Positions 1-6,555 of a stretch of 23,464 bases of DNA are shown here, piece by piece. Both the position numbers and the translations under genes were made by a program. Under the pieces are notes generated by a model. The model was given only the letters and a program-made list of their open reading frames with translations. It searched no databases and was not told where the DNA came from. Each line of letters begins with the position of its first letter. Position 1 is the first letter of the stretch. This stretch comes from Candidatus Latescibacterota bacterium (GTDB lineage Bacteria; Latescibacterota; UBA2968; GCA-2709665), in NCBI GenBank assembly GCA_963662665.2, contig CAXXJS010000054.1, forward strand, positions 1 through 23,464, given 5' to 3'.

Positions 1-247
1 TCAGCCCGGAACCCGTAGCGGCTCGGATGAAGACAGCCACGGTGTCGCGGACCTGCTCCGCCGTGAGTCCACTCGTCCCATCTCCTCCGGTCGCGGTGGA
101 TGAGATGGTGAGGGTGTTGGCGGCATCGTCGTGGACGATGGTTATATTCGTGCCTTCGCGGATGAAGGCAGCGATGGTGTCTCGGACCTGTTCGGCTGTC
201 AGACCGCCATCATTTCCCCCCCGTCTACCGGCAGGAATCAAAGGCAT
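1..247 (-). CDS. Virion/tail-fibre-like repeat protein, N-terminal part (runs off window start)
   Basis: Not in the ORF track. My translation from ATG 247 (GGAG RBS upstream) is MPLIPAGRRGGNDGGLTAEQVRDTIAAFIREGTNITIVHDDAANTLTISSTATGGDGTSGLTAEQVRDTVAVFIRAATGSGL..., open to the edge, with the repeat GLTAEQVRDT(I/V)AxFIR. Confidence 0.7.
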   Translation of the reverse strand, partial: MPLIPAGRRGGNDGGLTAEQVRDTIAAFIREGTNITIVHDDAANTLTISSTATGGDGTSGLTAEQVRDTVAVFIRAATGSGL

Positions 248-250
248 GGT

Positions 251-556
251 CTACTCCGTTTGAGTCACCGTGATGCGCCCGGTGCCGAAAGACAATTTGA
301 GCCAGAGATTGATTCCTGGACGCGGTGTATAAGTGCGGCTTATGCCACCGTCTCTTTCGGCCGTCGGACGCCACGGGTGCCCCCGTATCCCGACCGAAGG
401 TGGATTCGCGTCGTCTGTCTCGGCTTGGTGCGCGATGGCGTTGCGTCGGGCTTCCGAGAGGTCAACCAAGTATTCCGTTCCATCTGCCAGCGAAAGCGCA
501 GACTTCAAATTCTTCCAATCCGTTGTCAGACCGGTTTCGAGCGTGACATCAGCCAT
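251..556 (-). CDS. Hypothetical virion-associated protein
   Basis: 101 aa ORF tightly packed in the structural operon; it overlaps the upstream stop. Confidence 0.65.
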   Translation of the reverse strand: MADVTLETGLTTDWKNLKSALSLADGTEYLVDLSEARRNAIAHQAETDDANPPSVGIRGHPWRPTAERDGGISRTYTPRPGINLWLKLSFGTGRITVTQTE

Positions 557-893
557 CAGCGTTCAACTCCGCCAACATCGCCTGCGCCTTCAACTTTCCG
601 TTGACCCGGCGCGTAGATCCGTCTGGGAGTGTGATGGTGTGCCACGATGCCTTTACCAGCGTTATGGCAGCCTTCTTGGGCGGGAGCGGCTTCGCGGGCC
701 AGTTGGCCAGCTCAATGAATTGGCTGTCCCACAGCCGCCGGAGTTTCCCCCGGTTGCGCTTCAAGTCCGTGGGAATCGCGTCGCCGGGGCGAAAAATCTT
801 TCCGCCCCATTTGATCACCCGACGGAAAATGAAGTCCGCATCGGGGTTCCAGCGCTGCTTCCAATGCCTCACCTTCCGGACTGTTACAGCCAT
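549..893 (-). CDS. Hypothetical basic protein downstream of the major capsid gene
   Basis: 114 aa, GGAG RBS upstream, co-oriented with the capsid gene. Confidence 0.65.
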   Translation of the reverse strand: MAVTVRKVRHWKQRWNPDADFIFRRVIKWGGKIFRPGDAIPTDLKRNRGKLRRLWDSQFIELANWPAKPLPPKKAAITLVKASWHTITLPDGSTRRVNGKLKAQAMLAELNADG

Positions 894-922
894 CGAATTC
901 TCCGATTAGCCGACTTGCCGAC

Positions 923-1948
923 TTACTCGACGATGCCCTTCAGGAACACACCCAGATCGGACCCAGTCACCTTGAAATCGTAGGCGAACTGACCTTCGAT
1001 CCGATCCGATTCGAGTTTCTCCATGCGGAACCGCTTGATCCGGACCCCGCCGTCGGGTCCGGCTCCCACGAAACCGGTCCAAGAGAAGGTGTATCCGGCG
1101 GACGGAACGAGAATTCCGGGGGCCGGCGGACGATAGCTGAGCAGCCCATCCTTTTCGGCGATGAAATCGTGTTTGTCGGCTAGGCCTTCGGCCGCCGAAT
1201 TCACAATCGCATCCATGACCAGAATCTCATCCAGCTCGAAAAGAGCGGCGAGATTCTGACGGGTCACGATGGCCGGGTTCCCGGGGGTCTGGCCGCGATC
1301 GATGCGTCCCACGATGTCGCCGTGGTCCAGCAACGTATCGTAGACGTGGCGGCTCAGGGTCAGGATGTTCGGCATGAAACCGGTTTCCTGGAGCACCCGT
1401 CGTTTCAGGAACCGAATATCCTCGATCGGAGTCGAAGATCCGTCGCTCCAATGCACCACGTTCCGATTTGAATCAGTGCTGCTGGCGGGATCGAAACTCG
1501 ATGAACGGTTGGCGGCTCCTGCGGCCTCGAAGGTCCACACACCGGTTTTCATGTACCGACTTTTCCACGCGACCTCTTTCTGCAGCAGACCCTTCCGGGT
1601 GACAAATTCGGTGGTCATCCGGTCGAGATTCAGGGGGTTGTCCTGGTTCGCTCGGATCTGATCCGCGAGATCGTAATGGAAGGCCCACACCCGCGTGTAG
1701 TATTGATCCGTCGACACCTCGAACCGGCCACCTGCCGACTCGGTTCCGGGACGCCTTTCCTTCATTTCGTCCCGGTTGAAGTGGCCCCGGGGAAACGTAA
1801 AGTAATCGTCGGACTTCGACTCCACCGGAATGTTCGGAAAGACTCGGGGTGCCACGAACATCGAGATGTCCTGCATGTAGGCGATGCTGATGTTCGTCAG
1901 CGGCCTGTTCACGTGGACATCGCCAGTGGTGGGTTGGGAGTAGGGCAT
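923..1948 (-). CDS. Major capsid protein
   Basis: 341 aa; N-terminal DVHVNRPLTNISIAY and C-terminal DLGVFLKGIV resemble phage MCPs; strong GAGGAGG RBS; follows the scaffold and cement genes. Confidence 0.85.
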   Translation of the reverse strand: MPYSQPTTGDVHVNRPLTNISIAYMQDISMFVAPRVFPNIPVESKSDDYFTFPRGHFNRDEMKERRPGTESAGGRFEVSTDQYYTRVWAFHYDLADQIRANQDNPLNLDRMTTEFVTRKGLLQKEVAWKSRYMKTGVWTFEAAGAANRSSSFDPASSTDSNRNVVHWSDGSSTPIEDIRFLKRRVLQETGFMPNILTLSRHVYDTLLDHGDIVGRIDRGQTPGNPAIVTRQNLAALFELDEILVMDAIVNSAAEGLADKHDFIAEKDGLLSYRPPAPGILVPSAGYTFSWTGFVGAGPDGGVRIKRFRMEKLESDRIEGQFAYDFKVTGSDLGVFLKGIVE

Positions 1949-2003
1949 GGCGTATCCTCCTCAAAAAATTGTCATTCAGCGCACAAACTTTAGTCGTCAG
2001 CGG

Positions 2004-2414
2004 TCACCCTTTGGCCGGATGCAACAGGACAGAGAAAATCTGACCGTCCACAGCGGCTTCGAGAGCGATTCCGATGGCGTGGTCCCCGGAGGCCAAAGTG
2101 GCGGCAGACTGCTTGGCCCGTCCGGCTTTCATTGACGTATCGCTGCCACCGACCATCTTTCCGGCGGCGACAGTGCCATCGGCTCTGACAACGGCGATCC
2201 CGCCGGCGTTCACCAAGATCACCGGGACGTTGTAGCCAACGGTAGACACCGGGGCGCTTTCCGCAAGAATCCCGACGGGCAGTTGGTCCGGATCGGTTGC
2301 TTTGATCACCCGACCGACATTGTTGACGGTCAGAATGGAAAAAATGTCGGTCTTGGCGGAAAGGTCCGCCCCGGCCGGCAGATTGACAGCCTTGGTTGCT
2401 TCGGTAAGAGCCAT
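2004..2414 (-). CDS. Capsid cement/decoration protein (DUF2190-like)
   Basis: 136 aa, Ala/Gly/Val rich, IGIALEAA-x-DGQI motif, immediately upstream of the MCP; AGGAG RBS. Confidence 0.7.
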   Translation of the reverse strand: MALTEATKAVNLPAGADLSAKTDIFSILTVNNVGRVIKATDPDQLPVGILAESAPVSTVGYNVPVILVNAGGIAVVRADGTVAAGKMVGGSDTSMKAGRAKQSAATLASGDHAIGIALEAAVDGQIFSVLLHPAKG

Positions 2415-2464
2415 GGTTTTGTCTCCTAAATTCGAATTCGGTCAACGCCTTGGAATCACCGAAC

Positions 2465-3544
2465 TCAGTCGGCGTCCAGGGACTTGGCATACAGATCCTT
2501 GCCCTCGTCCGTGTTGAGCACCTTGGCGTAGGCTTCCGAATACGTGATGTTTTCGGACTTGGCCAACTCCTTGGCCTTTTTGTCCAATTCCGACTCGGGG
2601 GAGTCGTCATCCAAGATTTCCTGGACGGACGGACCGCCGGTGACGCCGGACTTCTTGAACTTCTTGGACAGTGCGGAATTTCCGGCCTTGAGGATCTTGA
2701 GCGCACCCTCGCGGGCTTCCTCGTCTTCGATCCCGTTCACCGCCTTGACCAAAGCGACTCGAACGTCCACCGAGCCCGGGCAATTCTTGAGCAAATCGCC
2801 AGCCTGCTTCCGCAGATTGATCTCATCCTGAGACTTGCGGAGCTCGGCGTTTTCCTTCGAAATCCGGTCATTCTGCTTGGCCATGGCCAACGTGACCGCG
2901 CCGTCGGACTTGCGAATCTTCAAGCCGTCGGTCGTGGTGTACACAACCGGATCGGCGTTCGCGGCCTTTTCGATGGCGTCCTGCCGCTCGCCGGAATCCT
3001 TCGCCAGAAAAGCGTCCTGGTCGGACTTCCTGACCAGACCATCGAAGTGCCGGCGTTCGTCGGCTTTCAGAGCGATGATCTCGGTGGCTCGCGCCAGTTC
3101 CTTTTTCAGCTTCTCCAAGCGCTTTTTGTTTTCGTCATCCATGATCTGATCTCCCTGATTTTTCTTCGTCTTGGACAAAAGATTGAGAATGGCAGTCTTG
3201 ATCGTGTCACCGTCCACCGAGTGCGTGTGGCCGGAACTCATCCCGATCTGGTAGGAACCATCCGAATCAACGGCTATCGGATGGGTGTGCTCGGTTTCAT
3301 CGTCCGTACCCTTGGCGTAGGTCAAGTAGACGTAGGCACGTTTGTCGTAGATTGAGACTTCAAGCCCGTGCTGATGCCCATCCTCGACGGAGGTCAGGAT
3401 CGTTGAAACCCGTTTCTTGGTGTCCGGGGAAGGTTTCGGGCCATCCTTCCGCTTCATCAAGACGACCTTCGCGCCTTCTTGAGCGGGAGTGTCCACTCCC
3501 GAAATCTCGTTGATCTTGAAGGCCCGCATGATGGTTTTAGCCAT
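2465..3544 (-). CDS. Capsid scaffolding protein with an N-terminal protease-like EISxVDxPA motif
   Basis: Start chosen at ATG 3544 (GAGGAAG RBS, overlapping the protease stop). Charged coiled-coil C-terminus ending ITYSEAYAKVL...LY; His-rich GHQH/EHTH/GHTH segments. Confidence 0.7.
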   Translation of the reverse strand: MAKTIMRAFKINEISGVDTPAQEGAKVVLMKRKDGPKPSPDTKKRVSTILTSVEDGHQHGLEVSIYDKRAYVYLTYAKGTDDETEHTHPIAVDSDGSYQIGMSSGHTHSVDGDTIKTAILNLLSKTKKNQGDQIMDDENKKRLEKLKKELARATEIIALKADERRHFDGLVRKSDQDAFLAKDSGERQDAIEKAANADPVVYTTTDGLKIRKSDGAVTLAMAKQNDRISKENAELRKSQDEINLRKQAGDLLKNCPGSVDVRVALVKAVNGIEDEEAREGALKILKAGNSALSKKFKKSGVTGGPSVQEILDDDSPESELDKKAKELAKSENITYSEAYAKVLNTDEGKDLYAKSLDAD

Positions 3545-3935
3545 CCGAGACTTCCTCATCCTTCACGCGCTTCCCGCCGATCGAGAAGCCGGTCAAATCT
3601 CCAGACTTGAATTTCTCCATCATCGACTCGGATGGACGAACCGCGATCATCAAGCCCGTTTTCTCGGTCTTCACTCCGAACGATTTCGCGACATCCGCCG
3701 TCATGGGCATCGCGAAAACCACGGATCCCTGATCATCGCCGTCATGGTTGACCTTGGAGGCTCGGCTGTTTTCCATAAAATCGAGAGCGGCTTTGACCAT
3801 CGAATCCTCAGGAATATGGTCATCCTGCAAATCGTAGTATTCTTCGCCGTTCTCTGAGCAGATGATGGCCCAGCCGAATACCAGGCCCAGTTCCTCATCA
3901 ACCTTGATGATCTTGGACCCTTTGGAAAAATCCAT
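3537..3935 (-). CDS. XkdF-like putative prohead serine protease
   Basis: Motifs LVFGWA, DLQDD, NH and KSGDLTGFSIGG, characteristic of XkdF-type phage proteases. Confidence 0.8.
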   Translation of the reverse strand: MDFSKGSKIIKVDEELGLVFGWAIICSENGEEYYDLQDDHIPEDSMVKAALDFMENSRASKVNHDGDDQGSVVFAMPMTADVAKSFGVKTEKTGLMIAVRPSESMMEKFKSGDLTGFSIGGKRVKDEEVSDG

Positions 3936-3955
3936 ACCGGAAATTCAATCAGACA

Positions 3956-3987
3956 TTCCCGAGTTGGGAAAGGTGAAATAATTTCAC
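3956..3987. promoter_or_regulatory. Two adjacent palindromes (candidate operators) between divergent genes
   Basis: TTCCC-GAGTT-GGGAA (3956-3970) and GTGAAAT-A-ATTTCAC (3973-3987). Confidence 0.4.
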
Positions 3988-3994
3988 ATTGATG

Positions 3995-4023
3995 TTGACA
4001 GGGATGTATACAAGGAATATACT
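3995..4023 (+). promoter_or_regulatory. Sigma70 promoter driving the Ro60/ncRNA cassette
   Basis: TTGACA (3995-4000), 17-bp spacer, TATACT (4018-4023). Confidence 0.8.
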
Positions 4024-4031
4024 TGCTCGCG

Positions 4032-4322
4032 GTGAAAGAATTACTTGGAAATACAGAGATCAAAGCGGTCTTGTCGATGTCGGTTGTATCGACTCACAAG
4101 GCCATTACTGGCCTTCTGATCGGGTACTTCTACTGGCACGAGGATACGCTCGCAGTCGTATCGATGATCGCGCTGTACGGGCTCTACACGATCCCGTCTC
4201 TGGTCTTTGGGTTGGTTTCGACCGATAAAATCAAAACGTTGTGGTGGCAGATCATGCTGAGTGTGATCAACGTCATCTGCAATGTTTGGTTGGTCGGTCG
4301 CATCATGGAGCACTGGCAATGA
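4032..4322 (+). CDS. Small multi-pass membrane protein
   Basis: About three hydrophobic segments. The track's TTG at 4023 overlaps the -10 box, so the near-leaderless GTG at 4032 is preferred. Confidence 0.6.
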   Translation: MKELLGNTEIKAVLSMSVVSTHKAITGLLIGYFYWHEDTLAVVSMIALYGLYTIPSLVFGLVSTDKIKTLWWQIMLSVINVICNVWLVGRIMEHWQ

Positions 4323-4350
4323 ATTCGTAGCAAGAGAAACAATTTGGAAG

Positions 4351-4457
4351 CGCCCGTAGCGTAGATCGCGGTTACTTCGGTTTGACAGGTTCGATTCCTG
4401 TACCGGCAAGGCTCATAGAGCCGGTCGGTATGCGCCGTGGTCGAAAAATCTCGGGCG
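4351..4457 (+). ncRNA. Y RNA-like unit 1 (T-arm plus closed acceptor-like stem as cargo)
   Basis: Outer stem CGCCCG/CGGGCG; TAGCGTAG-N8-TACTTC; inner stem GATCGCGGT/GCCGTGGTC; T arm ACAGG-TTCGATT-CCTGT followed by ACCGGC...GCCGGT. Confidence 0.75.
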
Positions 4458-4464
4458 TCCGATT

Positions 4465-4602
4465 TTGCTCGGTAGCGTAGAAATCGGGTACTTCGCTTTT
4501 GGTGCGAGAGATCCGGGTTCGAATCCCGGCGGGCCGCTGAGCGGTCTGTGGTGTAACGGTTATCACGCTTACGTTCCCCGATTCCGACTGTACTCCGAGC
4601 AA
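4465..4602 (+). ncRNA. Y RNA-like unit 2 (circularly permuted tRNA-Gln(UUG)-like cargo; YrlA-like)
   Basis: Outer stem TTGCTCGG/CCGAGCAA; inner stem AATCGGG/CCCGATT; anticodon arm, T arm, loop-closed acceptor stem and D arm in permuted order. Confidence 0.8.
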
Positions 4603-4608
4603 TCTTTA

Positions 4609-4685
4609 CCGGTCGTAGCGTAGACAGCGGTTACTTCTCATTTTGTAAATGAACCTCCGTACCGTTGCCGTTTGATCTCGACCGG
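4609..4685 (+). ncRNA. Y RNA-like unit 3 (anticodon-like hairpin cargo)
   Basis: Outer stem CCGGTCG/CGACCGG; inner stem CAGCGGT/ACCGTTG; hairpin TCAT-TTTGTAA-ATGA. Confidence 0.75.
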
Positions 4686-4692
4686 ATCATGA

Positions 4693-4760
4693 GGCGGAGT
4701 GGAATTCGTCAGGCTTGGGAGCTCAGCGAATCGCCGGTTCAAGCCAGCACTCCGCCACCG
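4693..4760 (+). ncRNA. Degenerate tRNA-like element
   Basis: GGCGGAGT/ACTCCGCC stem followed by ACCG; imperfect T-arm GCCGG-TTCAAG-CCAGC; one internal hairpin ATTCG...CGAAT; no D arm. Confidence 0.35.
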
Positions 4761-4765
4761 CATGA

Positions 4766-4794
4766 GAGTTCCCCGCATTGGTGGGGATAGACCG
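4766..4794 (+). CRISPR. Solitary type I-E CRISPR-like repeat (not an array)
   Basis: GAGTTCCCCGCATTGGTGGGGATAGACCG is 29 nt and 23/29 identical to the E. coli I-E repeat GAGTTCCCCGCGCCAGCGGGGATAAACCG as recalled; the hairpin is retained. Confidence 0.7.
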
Positions 4795-4797
4795 ATT

Positions 4798-4907
4798 GCC
4801 CCATAGCGTAGGAGACAGATACTTCTTGGGCACATTGTTCCAAGCCTGTCACGCCGGGTTGATTCCGATACGTGGCAGACGCAACTGTTTCCGGTTGTTC
4901 TTGGGGC
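4798..4907 (+). ncRNA. Y RNA-like unit 4 (two-hairpin cargo)
   Basis: Outer stem GCCCCA/TGGGGC; inner stem GGAGACAG/CTGTTTCC; hairpins CTTGGG...TCCAAG and CTGTCACG...CGTGGCAG. Confidence 0.75.
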
Positions 4908-4914
4908 TTGTTTT

Positions 4915-4986
4915 TGGCCGTAGCGTAGGGTTCGGTTACTTCTTAAGGCTAATTAGATTTGTACCGAATCCGCTTATTCTCGGCCA
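4915..4986 (+). ncRNA. Y RNA-like unit 5 (minimal; short AU-rich loop)
   Basis: Outer stem TGGCCG/CGGCCA; inner stem GGGTTCGGT/ACCGAATCC; same invariant motifs. Confidence 0.75.
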
Positions 4987-4998
4987 TCATCGTGGAAG

Positions 4999-5098
4999 GG
5001 CCGGTAGCGTAGACAACCGATACTTCGTACATTGGCGGAAAAGTCCCTTTTGGGCACTGCCGAATTGTTGCTCTCGGTTTTCGATTTGACCTCCGGCC
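4999..5098 (+). ncRNA. Y RNA-like unit 6 (long hairpin cargo)
   Basis: Outer stem GGCCGG/CCGGCC; inner stem AACCGA/TCGGTT; cargo TTGGCGG-AAAA-GTCC...GGGC-A-CTGCCGA. Confidence 0.72.
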
Positions 5099-5153
5099 TC
5101 CCTACCTTGACGGCCCTGAATCCGCTACATCACACCTAACCGGAGGAGGGGAA

Positions 5154-6503
5154 ATGAAACTCAACAGACCACCGAAACCGACCGAATTCACGCATCAGGG
5201 AGCACCGGCCGCCCGGCTCAACATCTTCCAGAAGTTGCGCCGATCCGTGCTGGCCTGCCTGTTGTGGGAGAAGGAATTCTACGAAGACGGGATCTCGATC
5301 GCGGATCAGATCACCACTCTTGCCAAGGCACTGAAAGACCCGGTGGGTCTCTCGATGCTGGCCTGTCAGGCTCGATCCGACTACAAACTACGGCACGTCC
5401 CGCTGTTGCTCTGCTCGATCCTCGCGGAAGTCGGGAAGGGTTCCAGTGTGGTCGCGGACACCATTGCTCACTGCATCCATCGGGCTGATGAGCCGGCTGA
5501 GTTCTTGGCAATCCACGCGAACCGCAACGGTGTCAAGGCGAGCGAGATCAAGCCGATCATCACGAACCAGATGCGGAAAGGGCTGGCCCGGGCATTTCAT
5601 CGGTTCGATGCCTATCAGTTGGCGAAATACGATCGCCCGGGGGAGATTCGGCTTCGGGATGTCCTGTTTCTGTGCCACCCGAAACCGGCCAGTCCTGAGC
5701 AGGAAGACCTGTGGAAGCGCCTGATCGACGGCACGTTGGAACCGCCCGACACGTGGGAAGTCGCGCTGTCCGGGGGAGCCGACAAGAAAGAGGCGTTCAC
5801 CCGACTGCTCAAGGAAGAGAATCTCGGCTATCTCGCGTTGCTTCGGAACCTGCGGAACATGGTCAATGCCGGAGTCAAGTCGGATCTGATCCGGAAGTCC
5901 ATCCGCGCCCGCAAGGGAGCGCAGTGGGTGTTGCCGTTTCGGTATGTCGCGGCCGCTCGGGCCTGTCCGCAAATGGAGCCGGATTTGGATGCCGCGCTCT
6001 TGGCGTCGCTCGAATACGGACCACAGACCATGCCCGGACACGGCAAGACGTTTCTGCTGATCGACGTGTCCGGTTCCATGGATTCCCGATTGTCGGCGAA
6101 GTCGGACCTGACCCGGATGGATGCCGCTGCGACTCTGGCGTCGATCTGGCCTGGAGCGGATCGAGTCTTCACCTTCTCACAATCGATCAAGGAAGTTCCG
6201 CCTCGAAAGGGAATGGCCGGAGTCGATGCCATCCGCAATTCCCAACTCCATGGCGGAACCTATCTCGGGGATGCGATCCGACATCTGAACAAGGAAATGG
6301 AGCCGGAGGATCGGTTGATCGTTCTCACTGACGAACAGTCAGCCGACCGAGTGCCGGATCCCCGGGCGAAGACGGCCTACATGGTGAATGTCGCGTCCTA
6401 CCAGCGCGGGATCGGTTCTGGCCGGTGGAACCGGGTTGACGGGTTTTCCGAGCACATCATCCGGTATATCCGGGAGTTGGAGATGGCCACGAAAATCAGT
6501 TGA
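5154..6503 (+). CDS. rsr: Ro60/TROVE-domain RNA-binding protein with C-terminal vWA domain (Rsr orthologue)
   Basis: TROVE motifs LRRSVLACLLWEKEFYEDG, RADEPAEFLA, FDAYQLAKY, LRDVLFLCHPKP, TWEVALS, ALLRNLRN, LPFRY; vWA MIDAS DVSGSM, GGT, LTDEQ; strong GGAGGAGG RBS. Confidence 0.93.
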   Translation: MKLNRPPKPTEFTHQGAPAARLNIFQKLRRSVLACLLWEKEFYEDGISIADQITTLAKALKDPVGLSMLACQARSDYKLRHVPLLLCSILAEVGKGSSVVADTIAHCIHRADEPAEFLAIHANRNGVKASEIKPIITNQMRKGLARAFHRFDAYQLAKYDRPGEIRLRDVLFLCHPKPASPEQEDLWKRLIDGTLEPPDTWEVALSGGADKKEAFTRLLKEENLGYLALLRNLRNMVNAGVKSDLIRKSIRARKGAQWVLPFRYVAAARACPQMEPDLDAALLASLEYGPQTMPGHGKTFLLIDVSGSMDSRLSAKSDLTRMDAAATLASIWPGADRVFTFSQSIKEVPPRKGMAGVDAIRNSQLHGGTYLGDAIRHLNKEMEPEDRLIVLTDEQSADRVPDPRAKTAYMVNVASYQRGIGSGRWNRVDGFSEHIIRYIRELEMATKIS

Positions 6504-6528
6504 CAGACTTGTATACTTCTTGTATACT
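6500..6528 (+). promoter_or_regulatory. Sigma70 promoter overlapping the rsr stop codon
   Basis: TTGACA (6500-6505), 17-bp spacer, TATACT (6523-6528); tandem CTTGTATACTT twice (6508-6529). Confidence 0.65.
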
Positions 6529-6555
6529 TGTCTTGTTTGACCCTTTCTTGAAGTC

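Noticed and set aside
4324-4349. Possible seventh unit (CGTAGCAAGAG...)
   Set aside because: Only a partial motif; no TACTTC at the fixed spacing and no closing stem.
4492-4540. Canonical tRNA gene
   Set aside because: The acceptor 5' strand and D arm lie downstream of the T arm and there is no CCA, so it is permuted and not a standard tRNA.
4372-5089. Track ORFs 4372-4602(-), 4638-4835(-) and 4778-5089(+)
   Set aside because: Short, no RBS or recognisable motifs, and they overlap the covarying RNA structures.
4351-5098. Array read as a CRISPR array (repeat TAGCGTAG...TACTTC)
   Set aside because: The repeat has a variable 8-nt core that pairs with downstream sequence, spacing is irregular (84-188 nt), and each unit is closed by its own stem. 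It is a set of structured RNA units, not repeat-spacer.
5102-5117. Alternative pairing of CTAC...CGGCCCT with the 5' strand of unit 6 (rsr autoregulatory switch)
   Set aside because: Short GC-rich complementarity that does not involve the RBS; it cannot be distinguished from chance.
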